Of a stretch of DNA of 64,000 nucleotides, positions 58,184-64,000 are shown piece by piece (positions within the stretch are counted from its first letter, which is position 1; each line of letters opens with the position of its first letter). The translations under genes and the position numbers were made by a program. Origin of the DNA: Minisyncoccota bacterium (GTDB lineage Bacteria; Patescibacteriota; Minisyncoccia; Phycocordibacterales; UBA2100). The DNA is taken from positions 199,711 through 263,710 of the forward strand of contig JALHPE010000001.1 of assembly GCA_022842645.1 (NCBI GenBank). Reading direction: 5' to 3'. Under the pieces are notes generated by a model, which was given only the letters and a program-made list of their open reading frames with translations, was not told where the DNA came from and did not search any database.

Positions 58184-59014
58184 CTATATCTCCTGGAACT
58201 GCGGAATAATGGTGACTAACGCTTGGTCTGTCACGTTTTGTCCGTTGAATGCGGTACAGCTGAGCGTATAGGTGGTCTGCGCATTAATGATGCCTGAGGT
58301 CTTTTCTCCGGAAGTACCTTCCCATGAGTCCCCGTTGCTTCCAGTAACGGTACACGCGGTTACTTCTCGCCCCTGCCATTTAATGACCGTTGTTCCACCA
58401 CTTCGCACCAGAGCCGGCTTTGCATAGATGTTCGCGGCAATCATGCTAATCCGAAACTGAGTCAGTTGATCAAGACTGGAAGTTTGTACTGATGTATTTT
58501 CCAGTGCTGCAATGTCACTGTTCAGTGACGTGACTTCTACCGTAGGATTAGCGCATGCCGCGCCCGCATTGTATGTCGTGCGCGTTTCTTCAATCTGACA
58601 CGCCGAAGATTCAGTGATAATCTTGCCCTCTTTATACCCACTCGCACCACCCCCACCTCCAGATTGTACTTGTGAGTACCCAGCCTCACATGCTGTGCGA
58701 CGATTGAGATATTGCAAAATATGACTTGTGGTACGAGTACCCGTGTAGATTCGCTTCTCCACCTGTGTAGGTGCGCATGCCGTTGCGTTAGTAGAAGACG
58801 ATACCGTTTGCCACGCACCCCAACTGCCATTAGTACAATCGCCGTTCACCTCGATGATGTCCGTACAAATATAATCTGCATTCGCCCCCGCATTGCGCAC
58901 AATGAGAAACGAGGCGGCAATCGAAGCAAGTGCGATAATAATTGCACCCCATAGATAGAGCTTGCCGTGATGGGAAACGTCAGGTGCCTGAGAATGCATT
59001 TGTATATCTTCCAT
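58184..59014 (-). CDS. Secreted Cys-containing protein with conserved C-terminal Ig-like domain
   Basis: N-terminal TM/signal, WGAW segment, C-terminal PALV..G....W...C.V.G.NGD.W...YTLSC...PQFQEI. Confidence 0.78.
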   Translation of the reverse strand: MEDIQMHSQAPDVSHHGKLYLWGAIIIALASIAASFLIVRNAGANADYICTDIIEVNGDCTNGSWGAWQTVSSSTNATACAPTQVEKRIYTGTRTTSHILQYLNRRTACEAGYSQVQSGGGGGASGYKEGKIITESSACQIEETRTTYNAGAACANPTVEVTSLNSDIAALENTSVQTSSLDQLTQFRISMIAANIYAKPALVRSGGTTVIKWQGREVTACTVTGSNGDSWEGTSGEKTSGIINAQTTYTLSCTAFNGQNVTDQALVTIIPQFQEI

Positions 59015-59036
59015 AGTCAATTATATAAATGAATAA

Positions 59037-60590
59037 CTAATCATCACGCAGTGTGTAAAAAATGGTTTTGATTGTCCCCTGCGTATCGAGCACACTCACA
59101 CCTATGTTGTCCCACACCCCTCGCTTCCTATCAAACACCCAGAAGGCCGGAAAGCGCAAGAGGTTGTTGTTGATAAGAAATTCACGATCAATCGGATAGC
59201 CGCCCCCACGCGACGCTTCAACAAGAAATTGCATGTCCGCATCAGTGAGTGGTTCGTAGATTTGATCTTGATTTGCGCGCAGCGCTTCCATGTCAGCAAT
59301 CCGATAGGTCAGCATCATAGGAGCGCTCTCACGCACATGCAATTCAACACCGTCCTGTGTAAAAAACTGAATATAGGGCATACCAAATGTCTTCATAAGA
59401 TCTCCGGCGAATCCCATGACATCATCAAACGTATCAATTTGCATTAAACTCTCGGGCGGATTACCTTTCGTAAATTCATATAGGTATATATCAATCGGAC
59501 CATCGTACGGTTTTCCATCTGCATCAACAATCGCGCCCTCAGGAATCTCATAGATACTGTTCGATGTGGTGATGACGACGCCTGCCTCGGTGAAGCGATT
59601 TCCGCTACCCGTTACTGTTCGATCATCAAAATCGATACTCACAATGGTAATCGGACTTTCAAGTGCAATATCCCCAATACTCACTGTTTTGACACCCGTA
59701 GCAAGAAGAATTGCGTCCGCATAACCGTCTGAATAATTCCGTTTCGAGGCTCGAACTCGTAGCTTTTCCATTTGCATAGCCCCCGTAGGAATTGAGTAGA
59801 TACCGTCTTTGTTGGAAAGAACAGGTTGCACACCTGCACGACTCACAATTTCCACTGTTGCCCCAGCAATCGGAAGACCATTCGTATCAACGACCCGCCC
59901 CGTTGCAGTAATTTCAGACGCATTCTCGCACCTCACCCTGAAGCGCGTACAATTTTCCTGATTCAAACGATCGCGTTTCGCATAATTTCCTTCAAGTTCG
60001 TACAGATAGCTGAGTTCAAAAAGTTCTTCTGAAGAAGCTCTTCCTGCGCGCATCTTCTCAAGGAGCACATTTTTCATGTCGAGCGTGGTGAGTCCGGTTG
60101 AGCCAAAAGCGTAAATTGCGTTATGAAACTGAAGCTCTTCTGGCAATTCAACATCTGAGACAGTGCGCATAAGGTTTCTTTGTGTAACACGAGACTTGCC
60201 TACCACTTCGGCAAGCTGACGAAGTTCGTCGTCTGAGATACCAGCACGAGCAAGTGCGTCCGGGTCAAAGTAGAGCACGTGTTCGTTCCCCTCTGCGTCA
60301 GTATAGGTGTACCAAAAACCATTTACGATGGTTGTTTTATCAATGCCCACATCAGTAAACGCATTGGTGAATCGCTCGCGCTCACGAGCGATTGATTCTA
60401 ATTCGACTCGCGCCGCCTGATTTATTTGAATAATGTTCGCATAACGAACAGCACCAATCACAAAGCCCGCGGAGAGTATGAGGAGTGCGAAGATAAGAAA
60501 CGGCCGCAGCGTCTGACGCGGCGTCTGACGCGGCGCCATACGATCGCGCATATACTCAGGAACAGCTTCTGGTTCAATCTGAGGATCCAT
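59037..60590 (-). CDS. Membrane-anchored protein with carboxypeptidase-regulatory-like (beta-sandwich) domain
   Basis: N-terminal TM; TGRVVDTNGLPIAGATVEI...DGIYSI. Confidence 0.72.
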   Translation of the reverse strand: MDPQIEPEAVPEYMRDRMAPRQTPRQTLRPFLIFALLILSAGFVIGAVRYANIIQINQAARVELESIARERERFTNAFTDVGIDKTTIVNGFWYTYTDAEGNEHVLYFDPDALARAGISDDELRQLAEVVGKSRVTQRNLMRTVSDVELPEELQFHNAIYAFGSTGLTTLDMKNVLLEKMRAGRASSEELFELSYLYELEGNYAKRDRLNQENCTRFRVRCENASEITATGRVVDTNGLPIAGATVEIVSRAGVQPVLSNKDGIYSIPTGAMQMEKLRVRASKRNYSDGYADAILLATGVKTVSIGDIALESPITIVSIDFDDRTVTGSGNRFTEAGVVITTSNSIYEIPEGAIVDADGKPYDGPIDIYLYEFTKGNPPESLMQIDTFDDVMGFAGDLMKTFGMPYIQFFTQDGVELHVRESAPMMLTYRIADMEALRANQDQIYEPLTDADMQFLVEASRGGGYPIDREFLINNNLLRFPAFWVFDRKRGVWDNIGVSVLDTQGTIKTIFYTLRDD

Positions 60591-60645
60591 CGAACCTCAT
60601 ACTAACATGTACTACTGCGCACGATTTCATGCGCATGCCGCAAAA

Positions 60646-62787
60646 TTATTTACGCGATGCAATTACCTCATCTGCCACGTTGCGCGGAACGACAGCGTAG
60701 TGTGAGAACTCAAGGTTTGGTACTGCGCGACCTTCGGTGAGGGAGCGGAGTTGTGTAGTGTAACCGAAGAGTTCTGAAAGCGGTACTTTTGCGACGACAA
60801 CACGTGCCTGACCACGTTCACCCATTGATTCAATGAGACCACGCTTTGCGTTGATGGAGCCTGTCACGTCGCCCAAGAATTTCTCTGGCGTAACAACCTC
60901 AAGCTTCATGACTGGCTCGAGAAGAACCGGCTTCGCCTGCTTCATCGCTTCCTGCATCGCGTTTATTGCGGCGAGCTTGAAGGCGATTTCTGAGGAGTCC
61001 ACATCGTGCGCGGAGCCGTCGTAAAGGTCGACGGAAATATCAACAACTGGGAATCCAGCGAGAACCCCACGATCCATTGCCTCCTTGAGACCCTTTTTGA
61101 TTGGGGAAATAAATTCTGCTGGGATAACGCCTCCTTTGATGTTGTTCACGAATTCAAAGTGGTCTTCACGGTCAACATTGTTCTTCACCTTTTCACCCTC
61201 TACAACTGGCTCGAGTGGCTTCATGCGAATCTTCACGTGACCATACTGACCGCGACCACCCGTCTGCTTGATGTGCTTGTATTCAACATCCGCGGTGCCC
61301 TGAATCGTTTCGCGGAAGGCAACCTGCGGCTTCCCTGTCGTTGCTTCCACCCCGAACTCGCGCTTCATGCGATCGACGAGAATTTCGAGGTGAAGCTCAC
61401 CCATCCCGGAGATAATGGTCTCACCCGTTTCTTCATCGGATTTAACGCGGAACGTTGGATCTTCGTCGGAAAGACGCGAAAGTGCGATACCGAGCTTCTC
61501 CTGATCAGCCTTTGTCTTTGGCTCGACGCGCATGGAAATAACAGGTGTTGGGAAGACAATGGATTCAAGCGCGATCGGGTGATCGCCGTCGCAAACGGTG
61601 TTACCAATCTTCACCTCCTTCATGCCAACGAATGCAGCGATTTCTCCTGCAAAGACTTCCTCCACTTCCTCGCGCTTGTCTGCCTGGAGGCGGACGATGC
61701 GTCCCACACGCTCCTTCTTATTGTTCGCTGAGTTGTAGACAGTGTCACCCGCTTTGACTGAGCCGGAATAGACGCGGAAGAAGGTGAGAGCACCCACGAA
61801 CGGATCGACTTGGAGTTTGAAGACGAGCGCTGCAAATGGACCATCATCTTTTGCGGGACGAGTTTCCTCTGCGCCGGTGTCAGTATTGATGCCCGTTGCC
61901 GCTGGAAGGTCGAGTGGCGACGGAAGGTAGTCGACAACCGCATCGAGGACGAGTTGCACACCCTTGTTCTTGAGCGAGGAACCCGTGAGAACTGGGAAGA
62001 TTTCATTCTTGATAACCGCCTTGCGAAGATTTGCCTTCAACACATCAAGTGGAATCTCCTTCCCTTCGAGGTAGTCGTTCATGAGCTTCTCATCGTTTTC
62101 CACGATACGCTCGACGAGTTCGGCATGGTACTTCTTTGCGTCTTCCATCATCTCTGCTGGAATGTCATAGGCAATAACCTCCTTACCCATTTCGCCTTCA
62201 AACTTGTAGGCTTTCATCGAGAGAAGATCGACAACGCCGTTGAAGTCTCCTTCTGCGCCGATTGGAATCTGGAGACGAACTGCCTTTGTGGAAAGTCGCT
62301 CGAGGATGGAAGCGTATGACTTCTCAAAGCTTGCACCGGTGCGGTCGAGCTTGTTGATATAGCAAATGCGGGGCACTTCCGCTTCTTCAGCGTATCTCCA
62401 GTTGGTTTCAGACTGTGGCTCCACACCAGCAACGCCGTCGAAGACGACGACTGCGCCGTCGAGAACGCGCATCGAACGCTTCACTTCCGATGTGAAGTCG
62501 ATATGTCCTGGAGTGTCGATAACGTTAAAGCGTACTTTCTGGGAGATGTCGGTACCCATGTAGGTTGGGTTCCAGAAACAAGTAATAGCGGCGGCGGTGA
62601 TGGTGATGCCACGCTCGCGCTCCTGTTCCATCCAGTCGGTCACCGTTGCACCGTCGTGCACTTCACCGATTTTGTGGCTCATTCCGGTATAGAAAAGGAT
62701 ACGCTCAGACGTGGTGGTCTTCCCAGCGTCCACGTGGGCGACGATACCGAAGTTGCGGACTTTTTCGAGAGGATAATCGCGGCTCAT
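60646..62787 (-). CDS. fusA: Elongation factor G
   Basis: [41 protein letters not shown]. Confidence 0.99.
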   Translation of the reverse strand: MSRDYPLEKVRNFGIVAHVDAGKTTTSERILFYTGMSHKIGEVHDGATVTDWMEQERERGITITAAAITCFWNPTYMGTDISQKVRFNVIDTPGHIDFTSEVKRSMRVLDGAVVVFDGVAGVEPQSETNWRYAEEAEVPRICYINKLDRTGASFEKSYASILERLSTKAVRLQIPIGAEGDFNGVVDLLSMKAYKFEGEMGKEVIAYDIPAEMMEDAKKYHAELVERIVENDEKLMNDYLEGKEIPLDVLKANLRKAVIKNEIFPVLTGSSLKNKGVQLVLDAVVDYLPSPLDLPAATGINTDTGAEETRPAKDDGPFAALVFKLQVDPFVGALTFFRVYSGSVKAGDTVYNSANNKKERVGRIVRLQADKREEVEEVFAGEIAAFVGMKEVKIGNTVCDGDHPIALESIVFPTPVISMRVEPKTKADQEKLGIALSRLSDEDPTFRVKSDEETGETIISGMGELHLEILVDRMKREFGVEATTGKPQVAFRETIQGTADVEYKHIKQTGGRGQYGHVKIRMKPLEPVVEGEKVKNNVDREDHFEFVNNIKGGVIPAEFISPIKKGLKEAMDRGVLAGFPVVDISVDLYDGSAHDVDSSEIAFKLAAINAMQEAMKQAKPVLLEPVMKLEVVTPEKFLGDVTGSINAKRGLIESMGERGQARVVVAKVPLSELFGYTTQLRSLTEGRAVPNLEFSHYAVVPRNVADEVIASRK

Positions 62788-62789
62788 AC

Positions 62790-62825
62790 TAGGTTATAGG
62801 TGTCAGGTGTTAGGTTCTAGGGGAA
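62790..62825. repeat. Heptamer half-element immediately before the fusA ATG
   Basis: TAGGTTA TAGGTGT CAGGTGT TAGGTTC TAGGGGAA. Confidence 0.85.
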
Positions 62826-62889
62826 ACAAATAAAAACCGCCTGAGGCGTAGGCACAATATAGTGTAAATTTGCGAAATTGCAAACACGA

Positions 62890-64000
62890 TCACACTCGAA
62901 TCTTACCCGCACGTATCACGAGTTCGTAGCGCGCTTTTAGTTCATCAATGCTGTGAAGAAAGGTGACGGGGCCGATAACGTCATAGGCACGCCGAAGCGT
63001 ATCGCGCTCACGCTTCTTTGCGTACACAATCGCGATATCAATACCCTTCTCGCGTACTTCCTTCCAAAATGCGCCGAGGTCTTCAATCCCAGAGAGGTCG
63101 ATATCGTTCACACCTGCAAAACTCATCACGAAGAGCTTCGCCGTGCCGCAGTCTGCTTCATGGCGCGCGAGTATCGCGCGCATGCCGTTCACAATATGCT
63201 CGCTATTGGCATAGAGAATCGAACTCTCTATACGAACCATAAGAAGCCCCGGAAGAGTCTCGACAGAGTCTCGCACGCCGACGGGATGCAACGTGTTGCT
63301 GAGCTCACGATCAAATCCAACCTCCTGCACTTTCGCAAACATAATGCCATGGATGAGGAATATGAGCGCGATGAAAATACCCACAATCACCGCAACATCC
63401 GGCTTAAAGATAAATGCGAGCACGAAAGTGATAGCTGCAGTAGAACCGCCAGAGAGCGAGAGCGCGAATGCTTTTCGCATCTCCCCAAAATTAATCATTG
63501 GAACAACCGCAGCGATTACAATTGCCGCAAGAATTACTTTAGGAAGAAGCGAGAGGAGTGGTGCAAGAAAAAGAATACTCGCAAGAATCGCAAGTGACAC
63601 AATAATAATGGAAAGTGCTGTTTTTGCTCCCGCACTGATATTCACTGCACTTGCTGAGAATGATCCCGAAACAGGAAATCCACCGGCAACTCCCGCCGCA
63701 ATATTCGCAAGCCCCTGCCCCGTCAGTTCGCGGTCAGCATCAAGACGTTCGCGCGTTTTCTGTGCAAACGACTTGCCAATCGCAAACGTTTCCATAAACC
63801 CCACGAGTGCAATCACCACAGCGGAGCTAAGGAGTGTTGCAAGGGTAGTAAATGAAAGATCGGGAAAACCAAGCACCGGTAAGCGCGATGGGATCTCTTC
63901 CATGAGTGCAATACCGCTTTCGGGAAGCGCAAAAAACGCACTTGCCGCTATACCTGCTATGAGCGCGCACAGTGCTGCCGGAAATGTGGGCACGAGACGG
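62890..64000 (-). CDS. SulP family anion transporter with STAS domain (5' end outside window)
   Basis: DRELTGQGLANI, GSFSASAVN..AGAKT, C-terminal STAS motif VNDIDLSG. Confidence 0.9.
   Translation of the reverse strand, partial: RLVPTFPAALCALIAGIAASAFFALPESGIALMEEIPSRLPVLGFPDLSFTTLATLLSSAVVIALVGFMETFAIGKSFAQKTRERLDADRELTGQGLANIAAGVAGGFPVSGSFSASAVNISAGAKTALSIIIVSLAILASILFLAPLLSLLPKVILAAIVIAAVVPMINFGEMRKAFALSLSGGSTAAITFVLAFIFKPDVAVIVGIFIALIFLIHGIMFAKVQEVGFDRELSNTLHPVGVRDSVETLPGLLMVRIESSILYANSEHIVNGMRAILARHEADCGTAKLFVMSFAGVNDIDLSGIEDLGAFWKEVREKGIDIAIVYAKKRERDTLRRAYDVIGPVTFLHSIDELKARYELVIRAGKIRV

Noticed and set aside
60509-60535. 12-bp tandem duplication (PRQT x2) in the N-terminus of 59037-60590
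   Set aside because: In frame, only two copies, in a likely disordered tail; no sign of function.

Overview
64 kb of a standard-code (TGA = stop) bacterial chromosome with the hallmarks of a Patescibacteria/CPR (Parcubacteria-like) genome. The taxon is inferred from the lack of rpmD/L30 in the spc cluster, CPR-type pilin and surface-protein families, and many leaderless starts. Most genes are on the minus strand. Core content: gatCA, ligA, a type IV pilus cluster, infC-rpmI-rplT, ndk, a VirD4/HerA-like ATPase, map-adk-gmk-secY, the spc and S10 r-protein genes, tuf and fusA. The str-S10-spc superoperon is broken by accessory inserts: a toxin-antitoxin pair between rplE and rpsN, about 6 kb between tuf and rpsJ, and about 14 kb between fusA and tuf. 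Features not shown by the ORF track: an initiator tRNA-Met split by a 228-nt group I intron, next to a free-standing HTH/LAGLIDADG-like gene; a probable 6S RNA; about ten 7-bp-period repeat elements at gene junctions and inside prepilin leader peptides; and structured leaders before rpsN, rplC and tuf. The best candidate for an undescribed system is the fusA-tuf island, which looks like a modular surface-fibre/adhesin kit. It has three secreted beta-propeller proteins sharing a mosaic ~56-aa N-terminal module, a minimal S74-chaperone fibre protein, and three proteins sharing a C-terminal Ig-like domain ending in P-x-(W/F)-x-E-(I/R). All calls are from reading the sequence only; no database searches were run.
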